Origin: Promethearchaeota archaeon
GTDB taxonomy: Archaea; Asgardarchaeota; Lokiarchaeia; Sigyniarchaeales; SOKP01
Reading direction: 5' to 3'
NCBI GenBank assembly: GCA_011364975.1
Contig: RDOE01000017.1
Location: 1-50,803 of the forward strand
Length of the DNA stretch: 50,803 nt
In this document: in pieces, positions 9,860 to 20,311 of the stretch
Layout of the letters: every line of letters begins with the position of its first letter
Position numbering within the stretch: the stretch's first letter is position 1
The notes under the pieces: generated by a model
The model's input: only the letters and a program-made list of their open reading frames with translations
Databases searched by the model: none
What the model was told of the DNA's origin: nothing
Made by a program: the position numbers and the translations under genes

Positions 9860-10747
9860 TTATTTAAGACTATATTTTTCTAATAACGCGTTAAGCCGTG
9901 AACGATGGAACTTTAAACCCAACTCATCAGAAGTAAAACCAAATGCTAAAGCCATTAATTCAGTTAAATATAAAATTGGTACATTGAACTCAGTTCCTCC
10001 TTGTGTGCTTGCTTTTTTTTGATTAGTATCCATTTGTTGAAAGCAAGCTGGACAAATTACTACAAATGCTTCAGCACCTGCTTTTAAACCACTGTTGAAT
10101 TTATTAGATAAAATCATCATTGAAGGTTCTTCCTCAGCATTACCCACTCCAGAGCCACAACAAAGCATTTCTTCTTCATAATCTACAGGTGTAGCTCCGG
10201 TAGCTGCAACTAATTCTCTTAATTTAACAGGTTTCATAGGATCATCCGTTTGCATAACCTCGGAAGGTCGATTATAATGACATCCCGTATGACACGCCAC
10301 TTTGAGACCAGATAGATCATGTTTAATATGCTCCTTTATTTTATCCGCACCCAATTCATAAAGTACTTCAACAAAATGTTTAACATTGATAGTTCCTTTG
10401 AATTCTCTCTTTAAATCCTTTAATATAAGATTAATTTTGTTTCTTTCATGATCATCATGCTTCAACTCATGATTTACCGCTTTTAATGTTTGAAAACATC
10501 CATTACAAAGAGATACTATATCTTTTCCTTCATCCTCCGCAAGTGTTAAATTCCTCGCTCCCATTGCTAACCAGCTAGTATGATCTACTGAATTAAAGCC
10601 TACAGGATCTGGACAGCATGCGAATGGTGCTTCAGTGGTTGTTATCCCAAGAGTCTCAAACACTTTTCTTGCTGATGCTTCGATAAAAGGTATTCTGTTT
10701 CCAATCGTACAGCCTTGAAACATCTTATATTCTTCAACTTTCGCCAT
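9860..10747 (-). CDS. hdrB: Heterodisulfide reductase subunit B
   Basis: FQGC, CCP, CNGC, HTGCH, CCG, CPAC motifs of two CCG domains. Confidence 0.92.
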   Translation of the reverse strand: MAKVEEYKMFQGCTIGNRIPFIEASARKVFETLGITTTEAPFACCPDPVGFNSVDHTSWLAMGARNLTLAEDEGKDIVSLCNGCFQTLKAVNHELKHDDHERNKINLILKDLKREFKGTINVKHFVEVLYELGADKIKEHIKHDLSGLKVACHTGCHYNRPSEVMQTDDPMKPVKLRELVAATGATPVDYEEEMLCCGSGVGNAEEEPSMMILSNKFNSGLKAGAEAFVVICPACFQQMDTNQKKASTQGGTEFNVPILYLTELMALAFGFTSDELGLKFHRSRLNALLEKYSLK

Positions 10748-10760
10748 AACCTTTCCTCTT

Positions 10761-11261
10761 TTATTCTTTATTTATAATTGTATTTAATTTTGTTTGTTTT
10801 AATATTTTTTGAACCTCATCTATACTTGGGGGTTCGATTTTAGGAAGGCCCATTTGTTCTCTTCTTCGTTCAATAGCTGGTTGAGGTGGTATTGCTTTTC
10901 CATTGTCATAAATTGCCGAAGCTTGAGTGGTATAGTAATCAGGACCTTCATTACGTTTAATTGCCATGTTTTTAAGAACAATAAAAATTTCTGTTAATTC
11001 GATTTTTTGGGGGCATACCTCATCGCAAGTATCACACATTGTACACCCCCATAAATTAAAATTATCTTCTACCCCTAGAATATTCCCTTTAAACCCTAGA
11101 AATGAATTTAGAATAACATTTCTAGGATTATATCTATTAGGAGCAATATCTGCTACAGGACATACATCTGTGCATCGATTACATTGGTAGCAATATTTTA
11201 AGGTATCGTGAATATGAGCATCCATTACTCTTTTTTTTAATTCATAATCAATTAATACCAT
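10761..11261 (-). CDS. hdrC: Heterodisulfide reductase subunit C
   Basis: CYQCNRCTDVCP and WGCTMCDTCDEVCP; directly upstream of hdrB. Confidence 0.9.
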   Translation of the reverse strand: MVLIDYELKKRVMDAHIHDTLKYCYQCNRCTDVCPVADIAPNRYNPRNVILNSFLGFKGNILGVEDNFNLWGCTMCDTCDEVCPQKIELTEIFIVLKNMAIKRNEGPDYYTTQASAIYDNGKAIPPQPAIERRREQMGLPKIEPPSIDEVQKILKQTKLNTIINKE

Positions 11262-11264
11262 TTT

Positions 11265-12665
11265 TTACTCACTCTCCATTTTATCATGATATTTATGGCC
11301 AAGAATACTATCGGCTAAAGTAAATCTATTGAATAGTCCTGCGGGATCCTTTATTGCTTTCAATACTTCTTGAGGGTCCTTATCAGCACACAGTGAACCG
11401 AGAGTACTAATAAATTTTGGACCTTGATCTTCAATTCCTACTGGTGGACCGTAACAACCTAAACAAGGTGCATTTGCTTTATTTGGACAAATAGTTCCAC
11501 ATCCTGCTTGAGTTACTGGCCCTAAACAAATATATCCTTGTTCTAAAAAGCAAGTGTCCATGGTAGGTAATCCTTCATAATCTCTCTTTAATTCGGTTGG
11601 TACTTTATCTGCAACCTCTCTTTCACAATGACTACACACTGTTTTTGAACTGAACTTAAAATTTGGATCATTCTTAAGCAAAAATAACGCATTTCCTATA
11701 ATTTCATCAATTGCTTGAGTACCAGTAGGTTGAACATCAATAATCAATTTAGGTCCATTTTCCGTTTCTACTTCCTTAACTTTAAAACTATCTGGTTCAT
11801 AAGCCAATCTCTGAAGTAAATCACCACGGAAATAAAAATTTGTTATATTTGAAACTCCAAGATATAAATCAAGGAAATGTTGTAAGCTTGCACCGGTTTC
11901 ACTATCAATTTGTTCTAGTTCTGAAATCATTTTCTTTAGTTTTTTCGCTTTTTGGTTAGGCTTACTTGTGGGTCTAAAACATCCGTAGCAAATTTCATTT
12001 TGATGAGGGCACATCAACTCACAACCAGCGGCTGTAATCGCGCCATAACATAACGTTCCCTTATCTAAGAAACATCCTTCTTTATATAATTTGCATGAGT
12101 CACATACACTTTTAGTTTTGTTTAATGTACTTGGGCCTTCTCCAACTAATGTTAATAAATAGGAAATAGCTGCCACAATATTTTCCGTTGTAGGAGGACA
12201 ACCAGGTATAAAAACATCAACATCAATAATATTTTTAACATTGATGATGTAATCTTCAAAACCGGGAACATGTTGTGTAGGTTCTTTTGGATTTTCATCA
12301 GTTATAGATTCTGTTTCCGTAAATTTCCGCTTAACTAAATCTTCTTTATCAGATAAATTAGCTAATCCCTTAACACTACCATAACAAGCACATGCTCCAA
12401 TAGCTACAATAATTTTACACTTTTTTCTCATCAATTTAATGTTAGCAGTATCCTGTTTTGTCCTAGCAACGCCTTCCAAAAATCCTACAACTATACTTCC
12501 ATCTTCTCTTGCCTCTAAAGAATCATGCTTCATATCAATAACTGCTGGCCAATAAACAATATCTAATTCTGGTAAAATTGGAAGTAGACCTAAATGAGCA
12601 TTCAATAAGCTCTGATGACAACCCCAACACGAACTTAATTGCATAAAAGCGACTGGTACTGGCAT
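11265..12665 (-). CDS. mvhG: Extended MvhG-like [NiFe]-hydrogenase small subunit with duplicated C-terminal Fe-S domain
   Basis: SCWGC, GACACYG, PGCPP; two copies of VCxxC...CFL..G..C.G..T.AGC...CP.....C.GC. Confidence 0.8.
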   Translation of the reverse strand: MPVPVAFMQLSSCWGCHQSLLNAHLGLLPILPELDIVYWPAVIDMKHDSLEAREDGSIVVGFLEGVARTKQDTANIKLMRKKCKIIVAIGACACYGSVKGLANLSDKEDLVKRKFTETESITDENPKEPTQHVPGFEDYIINVKNIIDVDVFIPGCPPTTENIVAAISYLLTLVGEGPSTLNKTKSVCDSCKLYKEGCFLDKGTLCYGAITAAGCELMCPHQNEICYGCFRPTSKPNQKAKKLKKMISELEQIDSETGASLQHFLDLYLGVSNITNFYFRGDLLQRLAYEPDSFKVKEVETENGPKLIIDVQPTGTQAIDEIIGNALFLLKNDPNFKFSSKTVCSHCEREVADKVPTELKRDYEGLPTMDTCFLEQGYICLGPVTQAGCGTICPNKANAPCLGCYGPPVGIEDQGPKFISTLGSLCADKDPQEVLKAIKDPAGLFNRFTLADSILGHKYHDKMESE

Positions 12666-12979
12666 TTTAATATTTCCCCTTTCAAAATCTAATTTTCAAA
12701 TTTATTATAATTATATTTGGTTAAATGCGAACTTTATTAAAAAATTTTTTAAAGAAAAAACAGGGGATATACTCTTTCCAATAGAATTTAAAATTAAATA
12801 TGTAGAGATAAAATGATTATACCCGTTATAATTAAATTAGACCAGCGAGGATAATAAATAATTCTCCTTACTGTGTTCTATTTTGAAATAAAGTACATAA
12901 ATCTTAAAAAAATCCATTTAAACTATATAAATTGAATTTAAATCTCGATTTTATATTTTTTCTCTTTCTCCAATAATAA

Positions 12980-14566
12980 TTAAAAAGTATAAGTTTTGCC
13001 TTTTTTTGGAAGGATAATTTTTCCATTTAATCCAAAATCCTCGAAAACCTCAGGATGATTAGTATGAACAGGTATAACATTGTCAGCGTCAATTTCTTTA
13101 AGAAAATTAATTAAGTCATCAACATTGCAATGGCCTGATGAGTGAATAGTCTCAGTCTTTAATACTCCAAACCGATTAAGCCATGCATTGAGTTTATCTT
13201 CTTTTAATAACATTTCTTCGTTAAAAGGGTCTGTCGTTGAATTAATAAATAAAACACTATTTTCTGGTTGATCTAAATCAATTAATTCAGTTGTCATGAA
13301 ATAATCTAAATAGAGTATAAATTGTTCAGGATTATTTTTAATATCTTTATATGTAATGTAATTTTTAATCTTGAATACTTCTTTATCATAAACCTTATAA
13401 TCTTTCGATTCAAAAATTCCCCAGCCCTTACGTGGTAAGTATACTTTAAAGTGCTTATCGTGAAAATCTGGTAGATGATAATGTTTGTAAAACTCCTTTA
13501 TTTCAGCTTCATTCATATTATCTAATCTCATTCGAAAGCTGTCAACTAATTGGAAAATTTTAGGAGTAATTGCAAAAGTCCGATCATTTTCTTTGGCTAA
13601 AGAATAGTATAAAAGAAGTCTATCCAGATTTCTAGTCGGGCAATTAACAAGAATTAATCCGGAGTGCTTTCGGATAAGATCTCGAGATCGAATTTCTACA
13701 TCATCTTCTGATTGATCTTCACTACGATATGAACCGTTTTTAAAGTCTTCAAGAGATGGTACTCTCGTTCCTTCGGTAATAATTGCTATAGGGTTTGCTT
13801 CTTTAGCTTTCTGCATAAAATTATTAACCCATTCTTTATGAGCCCCATGCATTCTAAAGTCTCCAGTATATATTATGCTTGTTCCATCATTTGTAATAAT
13901 ATAGGAACATGCTCCAGGTATAGAATGATCCGTTTTGTATTGATTAATTAAGATTTCTCCTTTCGTTGAATTAAATTTGTAAGGTTTTTCCTCGTCCATA
14001 ATAATAATTTTTCTTTTAATTTCTGAATGGTTATAATCATTTTTGTTAGCTCGTTTATATTGGATTTCCTCTTCACTTGCTTTTTTTTTCTTCTTTGGGA
14101 CCAATTTAAAGGATTCATAAAAATTCAATATATCAGATAATAACGGATCAGTAGATGCCTTAGAAAGGTAATCTAAAATCGTGTCAGAAATCCAGTTAAC
14201 ATAAATTGGAGTTTCTTTTTTAAGGAATCCAATAAATTTATAATGATCCATATGAGTGTGAGTTAAAAAGAAGGCATCAACAATATTTTGGTTAGAAGGA
14301 GTGATATTGTAATGTTTGGAGTTCAAAACATCGGAAAATGGGGTGATTAAATCATTCCGGTATAAATGATTAAGTGGAGGTATAAGATCGAGATATAAAT
14401 AATCAATAATTCCATTAAACTTGCGAGGATTTAGAAATTCGGAAAAATATTGATTATTATCGCTAAAGGAAAGACCAAAGTCAAATAAAAACTTCTTATC
14501 TCCAGCACTTATGAAAATTTTATTTCCCCCAATTTCATTTATTCCGCCAAATATTTCGATGTTCAT
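12980..14566 (-). CDS. MBL-fold metallo-hydrolase, RNase J/beta-CASP-like
   Basis: GGINEIGGN, THTHMDH, DHSIPG, YTGDFRMHG, EGT, HSSGH, PVHT. Confidence 0.85.
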   Translation of the reverse strand: MNIEIFGGINEIGGNKIFISAGDKKFLFDFGLSFSDNNQYFSEFLNPRKFNGIIDYLYLDLIPPLNHLYRNDLITPFSDVLNSKHYNITPSNQNIVDAFFLTHTHMDHYKFIGFLKKETPIYVNWISDTILDYLSKASTDPLLSDILNFYESFKLVPKKKKKASEEEIQYKRANKNDYNHSEIKRKIIIMDEEKPYKFNSTKGEILINQYKTDHSIPGACSYIITNDGTSIIYTGDFRMHGAHKEWVNNFMQKAKEANPIAIITEGTRVPSLEDFKNGSYRSEDQSEDDVEIRSRDLIRKHSGLILVNCPTRNLDRLLLYYSLAKENDRTFAITPKIFQLVDSFRMRLDNMNEAEIKEFYKHYHLPDFHDKHFKVYLPRKGWGIFESKDYKVYDKEVFKIKNYITYKDIKNNPEQFILYLDYFMTTELIDLDQPENSVLFINSTTDPFNEEMLLKEDKLNAWLNRFGVLKTETIHSSGHCNVDDLINFLKEIDADNVIPVHTNHPEVFEDFGLNGKIILPKKGKTYTF

Positions 14567-14713
14567 TTTGCTTTAGAAGATAATCACATTTAAGATGTAT
14601 AATTAATGAGAGAACTCTTTTTTATTATTTACTATTAATGGAATAGACCTTAAACCGTATTTGAAAGAAGTATTAAATAAAAGATAATAATAAAGATTAA
14701 GAAAGTACTTTTA

Positions 14714-15343
14714 TTAATCAAAACTGGTTCCACATTCATTACAAAAATTAGCATGAATTGGTAGAATTTTACCACAATTAGGGCAATATTTATTTTTCAA
14801 ATTACTGATATGGGGATCGATTTCGGGAACTTCTTGAGCTGGTTCTGAAGTGATTAATCCATCCTCAACTTTTTTCGCTTCTATTTTTGGCGTTTTCTTT
14901 ATTCCAGATTTACCAACTATCGCAAGAACAGTTCCTGCAAATGCTGCTCCAGAATTGATTGTAAAAAAGTTATAGATTTGATCTAGTATTGCTTGAACTG
15001 AGGGATCTAATGAGATTCCAGCAATAGTTATAAACCATACTATAATAAAAATAATAAGACCAATTAACCCAAAACTAGTGGCAATACTAATTATTATTTT
15101 GCCTAAACGCCTTAATCCCAGAAGAATTAAAAAAATCCCAACTATGACACTATAACCACCCCAATACGCAATATATTCCATACCTGTTAATATTGTCAAC
15201 AATAAGGGATGCCATTCAGGGCTTGCCATCAATATTGTTAATTCCACTAACTTTCCATAAAATCCAGCACTTCCAGTAGCAGAACCAATTATCATTAAGA
15301 TTCCACCGAGAAAAATTATAACTATCCACTTTCTATCTTCCAC
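14714..15343 (-). CDS. Membrane protein with C-terminal zinc ribbon
   Basis: About four hydrophobic helices; CPNCG...FCNECG. Confidence 0.75.
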   Translation of the reverse strand: MEDRKWIVIIFLGGILMIIGSATGSAGFYGKLVELTILMASPEWHPLLLTILTGMEYIAYWGGYSVIVGIFLILLGLRRLGKIIISIATSFGLIGLIIFIIVWFITIAGISLDPSVQAILDQIYNFFTINSGAAFAGTVLAIVGKSGIKKTPKIEAKKVEDGLITSEPAQEVPEIDPHISNLKNKYCPNCGKILPIHANFCNECGTSFD

Positions 15344-15459
15344 TATTAATTACCTCACAAACTAGACTTGAATTGATGAAATAAATCGCTTTGTTATTTA
15401 ATTAAATACCAATTATTTTTTTTGAATATAAAGGATAATTGTTATGAAAATTTTTAAGA

Positions 15460-16269
15460 TTATGGTATGATTCTTTCTGGATGTGTGTAAATATTCATTT
15501 TAGCGCCTCTTGCAAAACCAATTAATGTAATACCATAATCTTCCGCTAAACTTATTCCCGTATCAATCGCTGCTGATAATGATGCTACAATCGGAATGTT
15601 TGCTCTAATTGCCTTCAATACAGAATCTCCAGTGAGTCTGCCAGTTGTAGCTAAAAATTTATTATGAAAATTCTCCTGCTTTAGTAATATATCACCAATT
15701 ACTTTATCAATAGCATTGTGTCTCCCAATATCTTCTTTTATAGCTAAAAGACTCCCTTCTTCATTAAAAATTGCTGCTCCATGACAGCCACCAGTAGCTC
15801 GAAATAATTCTGTTTCTTTTTGCATTTTTACGATACTATCTAAAATGATTCTAGATTTAATTACTAATTTAAATTCTGAAGATAATTCCTCCTTAGACGC
15901 TATTAATGCTTCCTTAATTATAGTTCGCCATGGTGATGGTATTCCACAACTCGTATCGATAACTCTACTCACCGGATTCAATTCAAAATTTTTAAAGAGG
16001 TTAAGTTTCGAATCTATAAGGGTAATATCTATTCTTTCTTCTTGCTCTTTTATTAGTATTTCTTTTACTTCTTTGATATTATCAATCAACCCAACAGAAT
16101 AGATGAAACCCAGAGCTAATTCTTTTAAATCTTTGGGAAGACATACAATATTCACTAAAGGGTTGAGATTGATGAATAGATCGATTGCTTTTTCCACAAG
16201 AACTAAATCAGTTTCCTCAAATTTTTTATCTTTTTTAATTCGAGTAATCTTTACTGAGCGTTTATACAA
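15460..16269 (-). CDS. fdhD: Formate dehydrogenase accessory sulfurtransferase FdhD
   Basis: TSCG, FRATGGCHGAA, EDIGRHNAIDKVIG, TLIGFARG. Confidence 0.92.
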   Translation of the reverse strand: MYKRSVKITRIKKDKKFEETDLVLVEKAIDLFINLNPLVNIVCLPKDLKELALGFIYSVGLIDNIKEVKEILIKEQEERIDITLIDSKLNLFKNFELNPVSRVIDTSCGIPSPWRTIIKEALIASKEELSSEFKLVIKSRIILDSIVKMQKETELFRATGGCHGAAIFNEEGSLLAIKEDIGRHNAIDKVIGDILLKQENFHNKFLATTGRLTGDSVLKAIRANIPIVASLSAAIDTGISLAEDYGITLIGFARGAKMNIYTHPERIIP

Positions 16270-16360
16270 TTCAAATCATCTTCTAAACAAAATAAATTTA
16301 GTAATAAGCTTATCTTAATAATTAGTTATAAAAATAGATGATAATAAAATAAATAAAATT

Positions 16361-17170
16361 TTAGACTGCGATATAGATCCTTCCGTTTGTTTCTTTGTTA
16401 ACCGAATGATCTCCACTATATTCTATAAATTTACCTACAATTTTTTCTCCGTTGGGAAGTTCTACTTCATCCACTTGACCCATTTTCTTATAAGATGGGA
16501 GAATTCTTGAAATCTTACCTTTAATTACAATAGTTCCCCATGCCTGATCTGCACCTGTGCATCGATCAACATCACCTTCTACAACTATAGTCCCTCCATG
16601 ATTATGAATCCCTAAAAAAGCACCCGCGCTACCACAATATAAGGTAGGCCATTTATTCGAAGGTTTTGAGCTTTTTGCCCATAGCATAGATTCATTACCC
16701 ACTTTACCTTTCACTCGAATTATTCCACTTTTCATTCCTTGCCAAAATCCTCTATAAGCGGATCCTATATAATGTCCTGCGTCGCCATTAATTATAAGTT
16801 CACCTCCTTCCATCATAGCACCCGCCCAGTCGTCAGCATTTCCATTTACTGTAATCTTACCCCCTTTCATTTGATTCCCCACATGCATACCAACATCGCT
16901 ATTAATAATGATTTCTCCTCCAGTCATATTTTCACCAACCCTTTTAACTCGTGAGACATCGCCATCTATGATAATAGTAGTTTCTTTCAAATCTGTTGAT
17001 TTGCCTGAAACGTCAAAAAAGTCTCCTAATTTAACTAAATCTTTACCATGATAAATCTCTAATTTTTTAATTTCGGCAGCAGTTTTACCTACGAAATTAT
17101 CAGGTGTTATTGAATCAACTTCTAATGGAAAGCTGGGCTTTTTTTTTAATTTTAATTTTATTTCTGCCAT
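16361..17170 (-). CDS. fwdC: Formylmethanofuran dehydrogenase subunit C
   Basis: Gly-rich beta-helix repeats (MxGGxIxxxG), GSAYRG, LGDFFDVSG. Confidence 0.92.
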   Translation of the reverse strand: MAEIKLKLKKKPSFPLEVDSITPDNFVGKTAAEIKKLEIYHGKDLVKLGDFFDVSGKSTDLKETTIIIDGDVSRVKRVGENMTGGEIIINSDVGMHVGNQMKGGKITVNGNADDWAGAMMEGGELIINGDAGHYIGSAYRGFWQGMKSGIIRVKGKVGNESMLWAKSSKPSNKWPTLYCGSAGAFLGIHNHGGTIVVEGDVDRCTGADQAWGTIVIKGKISRILPSYKKMGQVDEVELPNGEKIVGKFIEYSGDHSVNKETNGRIYIAV

Positions 17171-17172
17171 CT

Positions 17173-18501
17173 CTAATCCCCTAATTTTTGTTTTACTTTT
17201 TCGATTAAACGCTCTAAAATCTCTTTATCAGACAAACATTCTCCAGGAGCATCCTTTACCTTTCTTAATCTTATTGGAACTTTATCCATACGATAGGCAG
17301 TACCTTCACATTCTATTCCTGCAAATGCAGCAGGCAGTATCACATCCGCAAAGGCTGATGTAGGAGTTTCATGTGGTTCTATCGAAATTAATGGATGTTT
17401 AAACATATTTTTTACAGAAGCTGCTGGAAAATTACTTGCTGGATCAGAAGCAACTATTAATGACGCATCAACTTCATCTTTCATCAAAAGATCAACAGAG
17501 GAGAATTCTCCTGGATTATATCTTGCATATCCTCTTGAAAAATCAATAGAATAAGCATAGCCTGTATTCCAAGTAAATACTTGGTTAGCTCCTGCAACAT
17601 TATAATGACCTCGCATAGGACATAAGAGAAACTTAGTATAATCATTCAATTCTCGAACCAAACATATTGCCGTATCAATATTACGATGATGAGCTAACGT
17701 TTGAGTTAATCCCATTCCAAAGAAAATTACTCCAAATTTTGCTTCTTTAAGAATTTTAACTAATTCTTGGATTTGTTCTTTAGAAACACCAGAAACTTCT
17801 TTTTCATCGATTTCTGTTCCTCTTAATGTTGCTCTTATTGCGTTTAATAGCTCATAATCCTCATTTGGATTAACTTTTATATATAAATCTGCAATTTGAG
17901 CCGTATGAGTGTTTCTCGGATCTACAACTATTATAAATCTATCATTTCGGCCATCGGTTCGAAAATATCCTCGTACAAATTCACTGTATCTTCCCAGATG
18001 TCTTGGATGAGCATGAACAGGATTACTCCCCCAAAAAATAACTAAATCCGCACGATTCTTATATTCACCTAGAGTAGATAATGGGGCACCTACATCTTGA
18101 ATTGCTAATAGTGATGGACCATGACATACAGACGCGGTATTATCTAATATAGCTCCTAAGATTTCAGCCAATTCAACACCCCTACTCTGGGCATCACATT
18201 CGGTGCTTGAAAAGCCATATAATAATGGTCGTTTTGCTTTAATTAAAATGTCCGCAGCCTTATCTAAGGCTTCATCCCATGAGACTTCCTTATAAGAACC
18301 ATTATCCTTTATTCTTGGTTTAAGGTACCGATGTGATCCAGGATTAGAAGAAAAAAACTTTTTAGTTCCGATCTGGCAACTATTACGCATTTCTATAACT
18401 TTATTTTCTTTAACGTCAATATCAACTTCCAAATCATCGCATAAAGTTCCGCAAAATGGGCAAACTACATCATATAAGGTCTTTATTTTCTTTTCTACCA
18501 T
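17173..18501 (-). CDS. fwdB: Formylmethanofuran dehydrogenase subunit B (W/Mo-pterin, Cys form)
   Basis: CPFCGTLCDDL, ASVCHGPS, NPVHAHPRH, MRGHYNV, GTAYRMD. Confidence 0.95.
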   Translation of the reverse strand: MVEKKIKTLYDVVCPFCGTLCDDLEVDIDVKENKVIEMRNSCQIGTKKFFSSNPGSHRYLKPRIKDNGSYKEVSWDEALDKAADILIKAKRPLLYGFSSTECDAQSRGVELAEILGAILDNTASVCHGPSLLAIQDVGAPLSTLGEYKNRADLVIFWGSNPVHAHPRHLGRYSEFVRGYFRTDGRNDRFIIVVDPRNTHTAQIADLYIKVNPNEDYELLNAIRATLRGTEIDEKEVSGVSKEQIQELVKILKEAKFGVIFFGMGLTQTLAHHRNIDTAICLVRELNDYTKFLLCPMRGHYNVAGANQVFTWNTGYAYSIDFSRGYARYNPGEFSSVDLLMKDEVDASLIVASDPASNFPAASVKNMFKHPLISIEPHETPTSAFADVILPAAFAGIECEGTAYRMDKVPIRLRKVKDAPGECLSDKEILERLIEKVKQKLGD

Positions 18502-18505
18502 ACTT

Positions 18506-18901
18506 TTATGCCTCCTTGAGTTGTCTTATTAAATCTAATGCATCTAGCACCTTCCCATTTTTAAGGACTTCTACTTTCGCTTTCATTCCTTTAAAGGTAG
18601 GGGTACCAGTTCCCTGAGTTGAGGGATTAACTACTTGATTACTCCATGGCCCCATTGGAATGAATATTATTCCAGGATGAGGCCCCTCTTCTGATATAGT
18701 AGAATATACTATTACTTCTCCAAACGCTGTTGAAACTTTTACAGGAGTTCCTGCTAAGCAATCAAGCTTTTTAAAATCATCTTTATCAAAAGCACATATT
18801 GCTGCAGCTCGAACATTCTCTTTTGTGGTTTTCCCTCCTTCTAAAGCAACTCCTTGATTAATTGTTCGTCCTGTTAACAAAATTAAGTTTTCTAAACTCA
18901 T
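18506..18901 (-). CDS. fwdD: Formylmethanofuran dehydrogenase subunit D
   Basis: LLTGRTINQG, GIIFIPMGPWSN, GTGTPTFKG. Confidence 0.92.
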   Translation of the reverse strand: MSLENLILLTGRTINQGVALEGGKTTKENVRAAAICAFDKDDFKKLDCLAGTPVKVSTAFGEVIVYSTISEEGPHPGIIFIPMGPWSNQVVNPSTQGTGTPTFKGMKAKVEVLKNGKVLDALDLIRQLKEA

Positions 18902-18902
18902 T

Positions 18903-19625
18903 TTATTTATCCCCCTCTTGACTCCATCTTAAATTTTTTAATCGTTCAATTAAAGGTGGCCAAAAAAGTTCGCTAAACTCTCCTGAATATTTGACATCTT
19001 TTATTTTTAATTGTAGTGCTCCTGTAGGACATGCATTATCACATGCACCGCATGCAACACACGCATCTGGGTCAACTACTTCAACATTTTTACTCATTTC
19101 CCAACCATGTTCAGGTCTCTTTGCAATAGCAATCGTTCCTGATGGACATACTTCAGCACAAGAACCACATCCTTTTGCACATTGCTCATCAATTATTTTT
19201 ACTTCTGCTGTTGAGTATTGTTTTACAATTCGTTCAAGACCTTTAACATTTTTTATTTTTTTTGGTTTAAATTCGAGCGTTGGTACAACTTTTTGTGCTA
19301 CTAAAGGAATATCCTCAAGATTATATACTTCATCATCCTTTTTGAGTGTCAAAGCGCTAAAAGGACACATTATGACACAAGTTCCGCAAAAAACGCACTT
19401 TTTTGGATCGTATACTTCAGGAATCATTTCTTGGGTTTCAGGGAACCTTCGAGATGCACCGACTGGTCCACGGGATATAGCTTCCTTAGGACAAACTCGA
19501 GAGCATGTTCCACAACCCACACATTTTTCTCGATTAAGTATAAGTTCCAAACTTTCAGTTAAAAATTGAACCTTAACATGTTCCACTTCCGGGGTTATTT
19601 CTCTTGTTATTTTTGGAAATGACAT
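18903..19625 (-). CDS. fwdF: FwdF-like polyferredoxin (four 4Fe-4S motifs)
   Basis: Four CxxCxxCxxxCP-type motifs; start set at ATG 19625 behind GGAGGAGGT. Confidence 0.75.
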   Translation of the reverse strand: MSFPKITREITPEVEHVKVQFLTESLELILNREKCVGCGTCSRVCPKEAISRGPVGASRRFPETQEMIPEVYDPKKCVFCGTCVIMCPFSALTLKKDDEVYNLEDIPLVAQKVVPTLEFKPKKIKNVKGLERIVKQYSTAEVKIIDEQCAKGCGSCAEVCPSGTIAIAKRPEHGWEMSKNVEVVDPDACVACGACDNACPTGALQLKIKDVKYSGEFSELFWPPLIERLKNLRWSQEGDK

Positions 19626-19627
19626 TT

Positions 19628-19885
19628 TTAGACCTCCTCCACACATTCTATTTGGATAGCCCGAGCAGGGCATATTTCAATACAAACTCCACATCCATCA
19701 CAATTTACTTCTCTTCCTTCTTTATATATTGGATAAGCAACTCCATTCTTCACTAAAAGTACAGCATTTTCTTGGCTAAGATAACTATCTTTCCTTAATT
19801 GATTAAAATTTAATGGACAGCTAACCACGCAGTCATTACAGCCAAAACAGCGATTAGTATTAACTTTTAATTTATATATTTGCAT
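19628..19885 (-). CDS. fwdG: 2[4Fe-4S] ferredoxin, FwdG-like
   Basis: CFGCNDCVVSCP and CDGCGVCIEICP; inside the fwd cluster. Confidence 0.75.
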   Translation of the reverse strand: MQIYKLKVNTNRCFGCNDCVVSCPLNFNQLRKDSYLSQENAVLLVKNGVAYPIYKEGREVNCDGCGVCIEICPARAIQIECVEEV

Positions 19886-19888
19886 ACA

Positions 19889-20311
19889 TTATGCCTCCTT
19901 TTTGATAGGATTAGGACCTAACTCTTTTAGTTCTTGTACAAATTCTTCTACAATTTCAGTTAATTCGGCACCTTCCGATGCTGAAACATATGTATACTTT
20001 ACTCTTTTTGGATTAATCCCAAATTGTTTTAAATATTTATGAAGTAAGGGCAATTTTCGCATAGTTTTAAAATTACCTTCAACGTAATGACAATCACCGG
20101 GGTGGCAATGAGAAACAAGCACCCCATCTACCCCGTTTTTCAATGCATCCAAAACAAAGGTAGGTTCTATTCTACCACCACACATAACCCTCATAATTCG
20201 TAAATTTGCAGGACGTTGCATACGAGACGTACCTGCTTGATCCGCGCCAGCATACGTACACCAATTACAACATATCCCCAAAATATATGGTTTAAATTCA
20301 CTTTCCGTCAT
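19889..20311 (-). CDS. mvhD: Hydrogenase iron-sulfur subunit MvhD
   Basis: CCNWCTYAGADQAG, RVMCGGR, CHPGDCHY, SASEG. Confidence 0.93.
   Translation of the reverse strand: MTESEFKPYILGICCNWCTYAGADQAGTSRMQRPANLRIMRVMCGGRIEPTFVLDALKNGVDGVLVSHCHPGDCHYVEGNFKTMRKLPLLHKYLKQFGINPKRVKYTYVSASEGAELTEIVEEFVQELKELGPNPIKKEA

Noticed and set aside
12843-12873. Weak hairpin upstream of mvhG considered as a SECIS or ncRNA
   Set aside because: Short imperfect stem, no clear SECIS core and no in-frame TGA in neighbouring genes
18991-19569. 192-aa antisense ORF and other short nested ORFs (e.g. 1103, 3303, 8908, 15845, 26022, 33140, 39036, 46152, 47639)
   Set aside because: They overlap well-supported genes and have no motifs
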